Below are positions 49,554 to 59,566 of a DNA stretch of 64,000 nt, piece after piece (positions within the stretch are counted from its first letter, which is position 1; each line of letters begins with the position of its first letter). The translations under genes and the position numbers were made by a program. The notes below the pieces were generated by a model. That model searched no databases. It had not been told where the DNA came from and saw only the letters and a program-made list of their open reading frames with translations. Source of the stretch: Blepharisma stoltei ATCC 30299 (lineage: Eukaryota > Protista > Ciliophora); contig CBFDEM010000016.1 of the NCBI GenBank assembly GCA_965603825.1, positions 463,695 to 527,694 on the forward strand, in the 5' to 3' direction.

Positions 49554-50099
49554 TTATTTTTTATGTGAAATTGTCCGTGAGAGCCAAGTTAATCCTTCTC
49601 TTAGCCCTTGATTATTAATTATACTAGCAGGTTGAATATGCCAATTTCTTCCTCTTATCAAATCAAGTCCTAATCTTTCTCTGATTTGATCAACATTCAT
49701 AGCATTAGGTAAATCTTGTTTATTAGCTAATATTAATATAGGGACACCTATAAGTTGATTTTCATTACACAAATCATCTAGTCCTTCCCTTGCATAACAG
49801 TCTTTTACGTCATCGTTGGAATCTACAACAAATATTATCCCTTGAACGTTTTCATAATATTGTCTCTGCACTGATCTAAATTTTTCAGGATAAAGATCAA
49901 AAACAGTAAATGTAATATTTTGGTATGTCGCTTGCTCAATACAGAATCCCATTATTGGAATTTTTACTGTAAGAGTGTTTTCAAGGTTTAGTCTGTAAAG
50001 GATTGTGGTTTTTCCAGCATAATCATTTCCTACTATCAATATATTGATTAGTTTGCGACCAAATATATGTTGCCAAAATTGAGAGATTGATGCACCCAT
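49554..50099 (-). CDS. Divergent ARF-family GTPase-like protein
   Basis: 181 aa; MG start, GNDYAGKTT, NKQD; G3 motif altered to FDLYPE. Confidence 0.85.
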   Translation of the reverse strand: MGASISQFWQHIFGRKLINILIVGNDYAGKTTILYRLNLENTLTVKIPIMGFCIEQATYQNITFTVFDLYPEKFRSVQRQYYENVQGIIFVVDSNDDVKDCYAREGLDDLCNENQLIGVPILILANKQDLPNAMNVDQIRERLGLDLIRGRNWHIQPASIINNQGLREGLTWLSRTISHKK

Positions 50100-50465
50100 C
50101 AGATTTATGAATATTTAATTTTTGCATTTTAAGTTAGATTTATCTAAAAATACGATATTTTCTGACTCTGAACTAGGACATTTTATTTTGAAAAAAATAC
50201 AATTGCCAAAGAATTTTAATAAAATAGAATAAGAATTATAAGTAAAATTAATTCTTTATATTCCTGCCTGTTTAATTTTCTAACCACATAAGCCAGGTTC
50301 AAGCCCACTTCCGTTCTTAAAAGATTATGCTTGAATTATCCTTAAAAGCCAGGCTATTTTACTTATAATAAAGTAGCTTATTTTAATTAAAATATTTTAA
50401 ACCTTTTTATTTACAATATTAAATGTGATAAATGAAAAAAATTATAAAAATGATTCTTACATTAT

Positions 50466-51011
50466 TTATGCTTTCCCAGTCAATGCTCTAGAAAGCCAAT
50501 CTAGTCCTTCATATAGCCCATCCCCACTAACAGCACATGTGCTCTGAATATACCATTTCTTCCCTCTTATCGCATGTAGCCCCAATTTATCAGTTAACTC
50601 CGCTGCAGTCATCGAATGAGGCAAATCTTGCTTATTTGCCAGCACTAAAACACAAGTATCTCTAAGCTGATCTTCATTAACAAGCCTATAAAGCTCTTCT
50701 TTTGCATCCTCAATTCTTTTAGTGTCATTAGAATCGACCACAAAAATGATCCCTTGGATATTTTCATAATAATATCTCCACAATGGTCTTATTTTGTCTT
50801 GCCCACCAACATCCCAGACTGTAAAAGAAATATTGCGATATTCAACTCTTTCTACGTTAAATCCAATAGTCGGAATGGTTGTTACAACTTCGCCTAGTTT
50901 TAGCTTGTAAAGAATGGTTGTTTTGCCTGCTGCGTCAAGGCCCACCATAAGAATGCGCATCTCTCTGTGTGAGATAAGTCTTTGCCAAATTCTTGAAAAT
51001 AATAAACCCAT
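50466..51011 (-). CDS. ARF1: ADP-ribosylation factor (ARF1-like)
   Basis: [41 protein letters not shown]. Confidence 0.95.
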   Translation of the reverse strand: MGLLFSRIWQRLISHREMRILMVGLDAAGKTTILYKLKLGEVVTTIPTIGFNVERVEYRNISFTVWDVGGQDKIRPLWRYYYENIQGIIFVVDSNDTKRIEDAKEELYRLVNEDQLRDTCVLVLANKQDLPHSMTAAELTDKLGLHAIRGKKWYIQSTCAVSGDGLYEGLDWLSRALTGKA

Positions 51012-51337
51012 TTATTTATATATAATTTTTATTAATTCTGCTATTTATAGTAATGGTCAGACCCCTGATATTGCAAATACAAATAAAAAATGGGGGTAAA
51101 AATGGCCTATAGGGAAATCTCGAATAATCATGCTTTTTCCTACGTCATAAAAAATGGATATGAAAGGAACTATTAAAATTGTTAATGTGGATAAAATAGA
51201 AAATTAAGATTATTTTTACTATTTAAAGCAGCAGAATAAATGCTTTAAATATTGAACAAATTTAGTAGTGATAGACTGCTGTTTTCAGATATAAAAAATT
51301 GATTTTTTTAATTTAACGTATACAAACTCTGATATTT

Positions 51338-52747
51338 TTACTTCCATGCTCCATATAAATTATGCTTGGCAAGAGCATTTTCATCCTCCTCACGCCTTCA
51401 CCTATTAACTACCCTGGGAGCTAAAAACCCTCCCCAGGCTCCCAAAATAAAAGCAATAACCAAAATGCTCAAAGCAATTACTCCAACTCTCGTATTTTGC
51501 ATGATATCATTGCATGTCTTTGTATTCACATCTTTACAGAAATTCAATACATGATAATTCCTATTAAAAAACACAAGATCGTCCATAGCATTTTCAAGGA
51601 CCTTAAGAATTTTCCACAATTGTAATATCTTTGCATCGTTATTTAATAGCTCATGCATTGATCTTAAACTATCAGAGTTCGTGATTGGGTTAATCTGATA
51701 TAAATTAAACAATCTTGAATTTATTAATTTCAAGTCTGCGTCAATTGATAATGATATTTCTGCTTGGATTTTTGTTAAATCATGTTTAGATTCATTTGAA
51801 AGGTCTGAGTAGTAATAGCTTAGTCCTGAATTTCCTAAAGGAATATAGCTATCATCTAAGCATTCAGAAATAGACTCGCAATAATCAATACTCCCAGTCA
51901 ATTCCATTATATATGGAACGTACGTCAAAGTTGTAAGGACTGCCATAACTCATAAAGAAATCCCAAAACCCAAGGCAACAGTTTCTTCTTTTATTACAAA
52001 AGCAACGAAACCTATTAGATACAGTACAAACCCAACGCAAAATATGATAAAACTTGCAATTAACCTTGTTTTATCTAGACTATTTACATCATCTTCAAAA
52101 TTATCTGCTTTATCTTGCATTTTCTCTGCTTCTTCTATAGATTTTTCAAGCAAATTATAGTGAATGTCAGCGAAACTGCTATCTTCTTCATGGGACTGAT
52201 TAGAAATTTCTATTAATTCTTCTTTAATTTGGGATAAAGTGGAGTAGGTAGCTTCTGAGTGGGCATTTGTGATTTTAACTGCGCTGTTGGCTTGATTAGA
52301 AATCTGTCCGCTTGCAAATAAGAGGGTCACTCCTCCAATTAAGAATAAAAGGTAAGAAATAAAACTCAAAGTACCTGGGGTCCATTTTAATTGTTTTGTA
52401 AATTGCTCATTTTTTAACTGCTTTCCTCCACAGTATCCTAGCTTTAGTCGAAAAATAATAGTCACAATCAATGCCGTTAGCATGATAAATGATGAAAGAA
52501 ATGCCCACCACGCTTGCATTATTAATCCTTCACTATAATTTGGTGATTCAGGGGTAAAGACATTCGGCAATGGTTGAAATTTTGCATCAAATCTTGAATT
52601 CTGGTCTTTTCAGCTGATTCAGGAATCCAGATTTTGGGATGAAGGGGATAGTTCTGAAGTCTCTTTTTCGAGAAATGAAGGTGATAATTGATTTTGTATA
52701 GCAAAAATACATACAACTTTAAACAGCAATAATAAGGTTAGCTTCAT
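51338..52747 (-). CDS. Tweety-like multi-pass membrane protein (~469 aa)
   Basis: One frame from ATG 52747 across four TGA to TAA 51338; signal peptide plus 5 TMs with two long helical luminal loops; FTPESPNYSEGL and GSIDYC resemble Tweety F.P...YQQ.L and SDFC. Confidence 0.6.
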
Positions 52748-52852
52748 TTTTTGTTATGACAGTTAGAGTTAAGAATAAATGTTAAAATGCTTAATAAGAA
52801 AAATTAGCTGGTCATTTATTATTTATTTCTAATTTCCATCATCATATAATTA

Positions 52853-53960
52853 ATGGGCAAAACTAATAGAACAAAGCACGTAAAAGTATCCCACAAAGAC
52901 ACAGTCTTAAAGCGCAAAATTGAAGAGCCCAAGGAAAAAATCAAAGACCCTGAAGATCTGATTGATGCTGAAGGCTTTATTTGTCTTCCAGCTTCAGAAG
53001 AAGTCCCTGAAGAGGTAGAGAATGAGCTTCAAGCATTCAGAGCCAATCGAGTCACATTTAACACAGAACTCAGCGAGAAGCTTAAAGACACAAGTTCTTT
53101 GGACCCAAAGATAAAAGACGTCTATTCTAAGGTTGGGAAAATTCTTCGAGGATATCGAAGTGGAAAGCTTCCAAATGCTTTCAAAATAATCCCAGGGCTT
53201 GAAAAGTGGATGGAAATCCTCGAACTTACCAGTCCAGACGACTGGAGCCCACAAGCTGTATATCAAGCCACCAAAATTTTTGTATCAAGTATGGGTCCTA
53301 AGCAGTCACAAAAATTTTTATACAGAACCCTTTATAATGCGGCTAAAAAAGACATTCAGAAACACAAAAAATTAAACTACCATCATTATTTAGCCTTGAA
53401 AAAGGCTTTTTATAAGCCTGCGGCTTGAATAAGAGGAATTCTGTTTCCCCTTTGTGAAGAAGACTGTACTCTAAAAGAAGCAACTATAATAGGATCAGTG
53501 ATTTCAAAGGTATGTGCATGACATTAAGGTGGTGCTTTTCTTGGCATTCTCCATTTCACCCGTGCTACATTACGTGCCGGATGATAAAAAATCCAGCGAA
53601 CAGTTATTAACTATTTAGGTATCAATTCCCATGCTTCATGCTGGGGCTGCTCTTATAAAACTTTCAGACATGGAATGTACAGGCCCAGTCATACATTTCA
53701 TCAAAGTTTTACTACAAAAAAGATACGCATTGCCTGGAAGAGTCCTTGCTAGTGTGTGTAAATTTTTCTATAAGCTTATTATGGATGACCGAAGGATGCC
53801 TGTTATGTGGCATCAAGCCTTGCTAACCCTTGCTCAATATTATGGCAAAGAAATTGAGCCTGAGTTAAAAGACGAAATCCGGGAATTGATAAAAATCCAT
53901 AACCACCCACAGATTACTCCTGAAATCAGAAAGTATCTGTTTAATGAAGGGAGAGAGTAA
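52853..53960 (+). CDS. BYSL: Bystin/Enp1 (40S biogenesis factor), with a 109-nt intron at 53510-53618
   Basis: YRSGKLPNAFKIIP, KKLNYHHYLALKKAFYKPAA; splicing gives CTLKEATIIGSVISK|VSIPMLH; KRYALP, PVMWHQALL, ITPEIR. Confidence 0.95.
53510..53618 (+). other. 109-nt spliceosomal intron
   Basis: gtatgt...actatttag, phase 0, with A six nt from the 3' end as in the tiny introns; exact removal restores the conserved bystin sequence. Confidence 0.92.
53516..53605 (+). ncRNA. Candidate intronic box H/ACA snoRNA (18S rRNA pseudouridylation guide)
   Basis: Hairpin with pocket (ACAUUAA / AUUUCACC), H box ACAUUA at 53567-53572 14 nt from the pocket top, a small second hairpin, and ACA at 53600-53602 plus 3 nt. 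Confidence 0.78.
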
Positions 53961-54001
53961 TGAGTTAATAAGTAATACACAATATTTTTATGCAATAAAT
54001 A

Positions 54002-55111
54002 TTAATACAAAGGGTCATCAGATAAAGCCTGCTCTATTCGTTTGGAGATGGAATTAAGCTGATAGTCAAGCTTCATGTAGCGCTTTACTAAGCCATCCTG
54101 ATGGAAATACTGACCAAGAGCGCTTTGTCGGCCTTTAGAAGAAATGTTGATTTTTGGCTCAAAACTCAAATGACTGAAGCTTTGCTGCTCGATTTTTTCG
54201 ACTTTTGACTCGACTTGGGATTTCCACTTCATATTTCTCATATAGACGCCTAAGCTTTTTAATGGGCTTTTTGCTTTGGAATGGACTTTTGGTCGGAATG
54301 TGCACCCTTCTAGCTCTTTCATGTGCTTTTTTATAGCATTTTCTTCATTTTTTAGCAGGGCTTGCTCTTTTCATTTCAGCTGTCTTGTGTAGATATCCTC
54401 ATCTTGATAGTTGTCGAAGTTTATTTTATCGTTTAATATAGGGTAAAATGAGCAGTCTTTCATCTCAGCGTCTTCATTTTCTTTTTTCTTTTCGTTTCAT
54501 TTATTCTGTGCATTTAATTTCCACTTAACTGCTCTCTCACACAATGGCTCATTTGTATCATATTTTTCTATGACTGCAGGCTCAGTGATTTTTTGGTCCA
54601 TTTTTCGTTTAAAGTCATTCTGAATATCTTTTGAAAAGCTTACATTACTGGAGGATACTTGGTTTAATGAAATTTGTCTCAAATGAATTGAGGAAACAGA
54701 AGTGTTAGCTTCTTGATTTTTGTTAGAAATAGCTAATGATTGATTTGAAAAATCCCGCCGAGGCGTAGATGGTGTTGAACTAAATTTCTTTTCAGGAGTT
54801 TTTTTAGATGATTTTTGTATAGAGTTTACTGAGGATCGTCTGGAAAACGCTTTTTTCGGTGTTTCTGGAGCTGAATGATTAGATGCGTTAACTATAAAAG
54901 AGTTAGAGGTTTTGCTGCTTTGCATTTTAGCCTTTTGGGGTGATTTTTTTACTCTAAGTGCTGCTTTTATTTGTTCTCTGCGGGTAGCAAATGCTGATTC
55001 AGCGTCTTGTTCAGACATTTGACTATACTGCCTAGAATCGCTAGAAATGCTCTCATTTTCAATTGATAAAGGTGAGTTTTCAGGCAAATCGTAAATGTTT
55101 TTATTTGCCAT
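54002..55111 (-). CDS. Hypothetical protein with CxFxP repeats (DCSFYP, GCTFRP, LSFEP)
   Basis: ORFs are co-frame across TGA 54497 and a second TGA near 54371; ends in TAA. Confidence 0.8.
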
Positions 55112-55181
55112 ATTAACAATTATTCAAACTTTTCGTTCTGACTCCTCGTCATAAAATTATTAAATAGCTTATAAAAATTTT

Positions 55182-55631
55182 TTACATGAAATTATTTAGC
55201 GTTTCGATCGTTTTTGATAAAATTTCTTCTTCCTTATCACCGTTTGGTCCTAAGTATTTATCAAAAGTATTTATGCTTTTATTTTCGACTCTTTCGTAGC
55301 TTTGTAATTTATCAAGCTCAAATTCGCTGATAACTTTATTTATGTAAGTTTCGATGCAGTTTTCTTTTTTTTCGAGCATTGATGAATGCCGCTTATTCTT
55401 TCTAATATGGGGAGGAGAAAACTCTTCTGACTTTTCTTTTTTGGCATTTCGAAGCAGTATTTTATTGGCACACATTTTTATTGTATTTCGTCCAGTAAGA
55501 TTGCTTATTTCTTCGGATTTTTTGGAATCAGGACTAATCGAGTTCATGATTCTGTCCAATTTTCTATTTAGCTTTAAATATCCAAGCATTGATAGAGAAT
55601 TTATTGAGGATTTTCTTCTCCGGAACTCCAT
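55182..55631 (-). CDS. Hypothetical basic protein (149 aa)
   Basis: ATG-to-TAA ORF with K/E/S-rich composition. Confidence 0.65.
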   Translation of the reverse strand: MEFRRRKSSINSLSMLGYLKLNRKLDRIMNSISPDSKKSEEISNLTGRNTIKMCANKILLRNAKKEKSEEFSPPHIRKNKRHSSMLEKKENCIETYINKVISEFELDKLQSYERVENKSINTFDKYLGPNGDKEEEILSKTIETLNNFM

Positions 55632-56118
55632 TTATAGGCTTGCACTTATTTTATTTAATTAATTGAGCTGAAATAATAAAATTAAAATTCTTGGAAATGG
55701 TATAAAATTATTATAATAATATAATTTCCTCATTAATCTGGAGCATATGATAATTACTATGTAACCTTTGAGTATTAACGCCTATTTTTCACTGTAAAAA
55801 TAGAAAATTAATTATCAAAGCATTGAGAAAGCATTATAGTATTTTAGATTAAGTTTTAAAGCAGGATTTCATTATTATCTAATTTGAAATTCTATAAAAA
55901 AAGGTATTAGGATAACTTATTTCAGATTTTTATAATTAAAATCAATGCTTTGCTGATTAATCAATTAAACTAATATAGATATAAAATAGGCATATGCAAA
56001 TATTTATGTAGATTTTTTGTATTATCTAAGAAGAAGACTTTTGTATCTTTCTTAAAACCAAGTATATTAAAAATTCTAAATTTATCAATTGAGCAGAAAT
56101 CAAATTATATAAAGAGAT

Positions 56119-57348
56119 TTATGCCACAGACGCAACGACAACCGTAACATCGTCTGGCTTACCCCCAGTCCAGCCATTTCCATAATTCTTCTTGACTCGC
56201 TCTTCAAACGGTGAGAATAATTTTGATTTAGATTTAAAATAAGCATACCTTCCCAGAAGATTTGCTAATTCAATAGGATTATAATTACCTTCTTTGTATT
56301 TTGATAAAAAGGCCAATATTTCCTTTGGGAAAACATTGTCCCACAGCCCATCGGACGCCATTATTATTAGGTCTCCTGCCTTTACCTTCAAGCAATAGTC
56401 GTCTGAGTCCCAAAGGCTGTCTTTAATGATATTTTTCATTTGTTCCATGACTTCTATATATTTTTCATTGCTTAGCTTCTCTTTTAACTGCTGAATTTGT
56501 GTTAAGGAAAGCTCACGAGAAATTTGATAAGGTGTATTAAAAAAATGTTCTTGTGGGGATGACTGAAAAATAATTCTTGGATTTCCATTAACTTTTCTAA
56601 TTGTCATTATACCACAATCACCAAGATTGGAAATTTTTAGTTTATTTTTTTCTAGATTAGCTAAAATTCAAGCTGCACTTCCTCCACTGTTAATGTTTTT
56701 AAATGCTTCCTCAGCACATTTCTTTATTTGTAAAAATTTTGATTTTTCAGCAAATTTTTTGCAATTTTGCATAAATTCATTTGCAAAATCTTTACTGGAG
56801 ACTCCATATTGATTCCAACCTCCAACACCATCAGCTACGCCGATACAATGAGCTGTAGTAAAATAAGCATCCTCGTTCTTCAAATGGCTTTTTCCCTCCG
56901 AATAAGCTCCAGTTTTCAAAACTAAATTATCAGTGTGATGATAAGGTAGAGGCTTTCTTAGAGAAGTATTTCTAAAGAGTATAATATTAGAGATACTACC
57001 TTTTTCCATATTGAGGATATTTTCTGCGATTTGAGGAAAATTCGGAATAGCAAACGAAGTACCTTTCCTAAGCAATCTGAACTGATTACCTATGGATAGC
57101 CATAGCTCAATGAAGTATTCTTTATAGGACAGTGAATATGCTAAAGGTAACTTTACTCTCCAAGGTGGATTTGTAAAATTTCCTATAAGAAAGATAGGCT
57201 CCAAGGTATCGTTTTTACTGATAAAAATTCTTACCAGCTGTTTTCCTTTTAATCTGTTTTGTCTTGCTTGGTAATATTTGAAAGCGTTTTTAATCTTAAT
57301 TTGGCAATTGTTCAGGTATTGAGCTATACTGTTCTGTGCAATTATCAT
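56119..57348 (-). CDS. PTC7-type PP2C phosphatase with an N-terminal CBM48/AMPK glycogen-binding-like domain
   Basis: EDAYF, GVADGVGGW, NLGDCG, QEHFFNTPYQI, ASDGLWDNV, GGKPDDVTVVV; joined across TGA 56668-56670; N-terminal FLIGNFTNPPW. Confidence 0.85.
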
Positions 57349-57829
57349 GTATAATTATAACCATTGGAATTATAAATTTTAAAGAGTTCTAGAATTTTTA
57401 AAGATTTATCCAAAAGAAATGATCTGATATTATAACTTAAAGGAAGTGTAATTAAAATTAATTTTCAATCATGCTTATTTATATAAAGCCTCATTATTAA
57501 TCTGCAGCCTCAAATCAAACTTAAGCCGCTTCATCAAAAATGGAGTCCTTGAGAAACTGGATTTTTAATCTAATAAGTTAGCTTTAAAAAGGAATCATCT
57601 CTATCTTTAATTAGCATGAGTTGACAATATAATAATAAAGCATTTAACTCATTAGCTTTATCGAAATAATATTTTAGGATTTTCAAGGATGAAACTGAAC
57701 ATTTTAAGATGAGCGATAGATATATTTGAAAAGAAGACAGACATGCTAATAACATGAAATTAATACTGAAATGGCCTTGAAATATATTATAAGGATGGTT
57801 TAGCATGAATTTTGAGTTAAATTTACCAA

Positions 57830-58109
57830 TTTCTTTTATGAGATCTGATGCTTCTGCTGTGCCTCGGGAATTTTGATAAAAATAAGCCGAGTGCGTTTGC
57901 AAGCTGGGCACGCTAGAGTTTAATTATACAGTGGCCACAATATTCATTTCCACAAGAAGCGTTGACTGATATATTTACTTTGTTCAAGCAAAGGAAATAT
58001 TGTCGCTTTTGAATATTTTTCCAGGTTTTCCAACAGCTTCATCATTTTTTAAATTCAAGAGGCAGCAGACATAAACTGCAACTGCCACATAATGAGGTAT
58101 TTTAATCAT
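57830..58109 (-). pseudogene. Degenerate RING-finger gene remnant
   Basis: Minus strand reads YFLCLNKVNISVNASCGNEYCGHCIIKL*, then ACPACKR after a 1-nt frame change; the first Cys appears as Tyr and the His as Asn. Boundaries are approximate. Confidence 0.5.
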
Positions 58110-58401
58110 TATCGAATTGCATTTTTATTCAAATAAATAAATGAAATTTCAAAGTAATTTATCACTTTTGGAATTATTAAAATTGAAAACTATTATTGAA
58201 ATTATAACTTAAACGAATTGGATTATTTCATGCTAAACTGGGCTAAAGGCGATTTTTTAAATTAAAATTTAGAGAGTTTAATCAAAAATAATTTAAATTA
58301 TTTCATAGTTTCTTAAATAATATAATTCAAATTTATTATTTTTCAGTTATTATCGAATATATTACTACATTTTCTTTTTATATATCTAAATTTAATATTA
58401 A

Positions 58402-59454
58402 TTAATAATTCATTCTATTTGAATGCTGCTTATACACACTCATAAACCTCGCTAAAAATGCCTCAAGATGGACAATTGGTTTGCTGCCACTTTTCATTTG
58501 AAGTTCATAATCAGCTGCATGTCTAACCACCACCGTCTTGATTGCTGCGTCACTTCTTGTCACTAATTCTTTACAAAGTGTATTAAAAACCGTTGTTGGC
58601 GGTATACAGCTAGCTAAAACCTCATAAAGTTTCCCTCTCACAATTTTCAATGACTTCGGAGTCTGTTCATCCAGTACATTTGTCGCTATTTCTTTAAGAT
58701 ATTTTTCCCACTCAGGAATAGGAACACTTGCATCAGGATTTAGCCTTGAATTTTGTATATAAACTGTCTGCATCATCATAATAGCTCTTCTTATATTTCT
58801 ATTCGAAGCATTTATAAGCTTATTTTCCAAACTCATCGGCAATTCCAAATTTTCACTTGAAGCAATTTTTCTTAAAACTTTTCTCATATCGTCAGCAGAT
58901 GGAGCTGGGACCCTAATACTTAAACATCTGCTTCTTAAAGGCGCAATGACCCTGCATAATGAATTGCAAATTAAAATTACACGAGTTGTGGCTGTGTATT
59001 TTTCAAGAGTTCTTCTGAGTGCAGCTTGGGCTTCATCAGTTAAATAATCAGCTTGATTCAGAATGACCACTTTAAAAAATCTTTGGTCTGGATTTTTGCT
59101 GCTGCCGATTTCTTTAATTATCTGCTGGACAACGATTTTATCACGATGAGCGACATCAGAAGGGGTCATATCAATGTGATAATTGCTTTGAAGGATCGAA
59201 ATTTCGACGTTGACTGTCCCAGCTTTGAAATTTCGGACTTCGCATTTGACTTTGTTGACACCTGCGCCAAATACTCCATTTAATAAAGCAAGAACGCGCG
59301 TCTTTTTTCCTGCACCTGAAGGGCCGTAAAATAGGAGATGAGGAAGGTCTCCTGAAGTGCTGAGCCTTTCTAATATAGCTGAAAGAGTGCTGTGGTAGTC
59401 AAGTTGGTCAACTGTGAGAGGGCGGTACTTATCAACCCATAGTTTGGAGGCCAT
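58402..59454 (-). CDS. RFC3: Replication factor C subunit 3 (yeast Rfc5 orthologue)
   Basis: LWVDKYRP, HLLFYGPSGAGKKT, AQAALRRTLEKY, LRSRC, HLEAF. Confidence 0.93.
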   Translation of the reverse strand: MASKLWVDKYRPLTVDQLDYHSTLSAILERLSTSGDLPHLLFYGPSGAGKKTRVLALLNGVFGAGVNKVKCEVRNFKAGTVNVEISILQSNYHIDMTPSDVAHRDKIVVQQIIKEIGSSKNPDQRFFKVVILNQADYLTDEAQAALRRTLEKYTATTRVILICNSLCRVIAPLRSRCLSIRVPAPSADDMRKVLRKIASSENLELPMSLENKLINASNRNIRRAIMMMQTVYIQNSRLNPDASVPIPEWEKYLKEIATNVLDEQTPKSLKIVRGKLYEVLASCIPPTTVFNTLCKELVTRSDAAIKTVVVRHAADYELQMKSGSKPIVHLEAFLARFMSVYKQHSNRMNY

Positions 59455-59566
59455 TTTAGTTAATAATAATTGATAAAATTTGGGTGTGCTAATTGTAAAA
59501 TCTTATATAATTTTGCACTGTTTAGGGTTTAATATTTAAATCAATTATCAGCAATTATATTAATTA

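Noticed and set aside
50296-50306. tRNA B-box-like GGTTCAAGCCC between the ARF genes
   Set aside because: No acceptor stem, D arm or anticodon arm could be built around it.
51053-51145. Two possible hairpins (ggtca/tggcc with acccc/ggggt; tagggaaa/ttttccta) upstream of ARF1, considered as a second snoRNA
   Set aside because: No properly placed H or ACA box and no C/D boxes; the stems are short and may be chance.
53510-53618. C/D snoRNA, SECIS, tRNA or TPP riboswitch reading of the long intron
   Set aside because: No CUGA D box, no cloverleaf, no TPP core, and a SECIS would not sit in an intron; H/ACA geometry fits much better.
57570-57911. 113-aa GTG-start ORF
   Set aside because: No ATG or motif; it overlaps the RING remnant in another frame.
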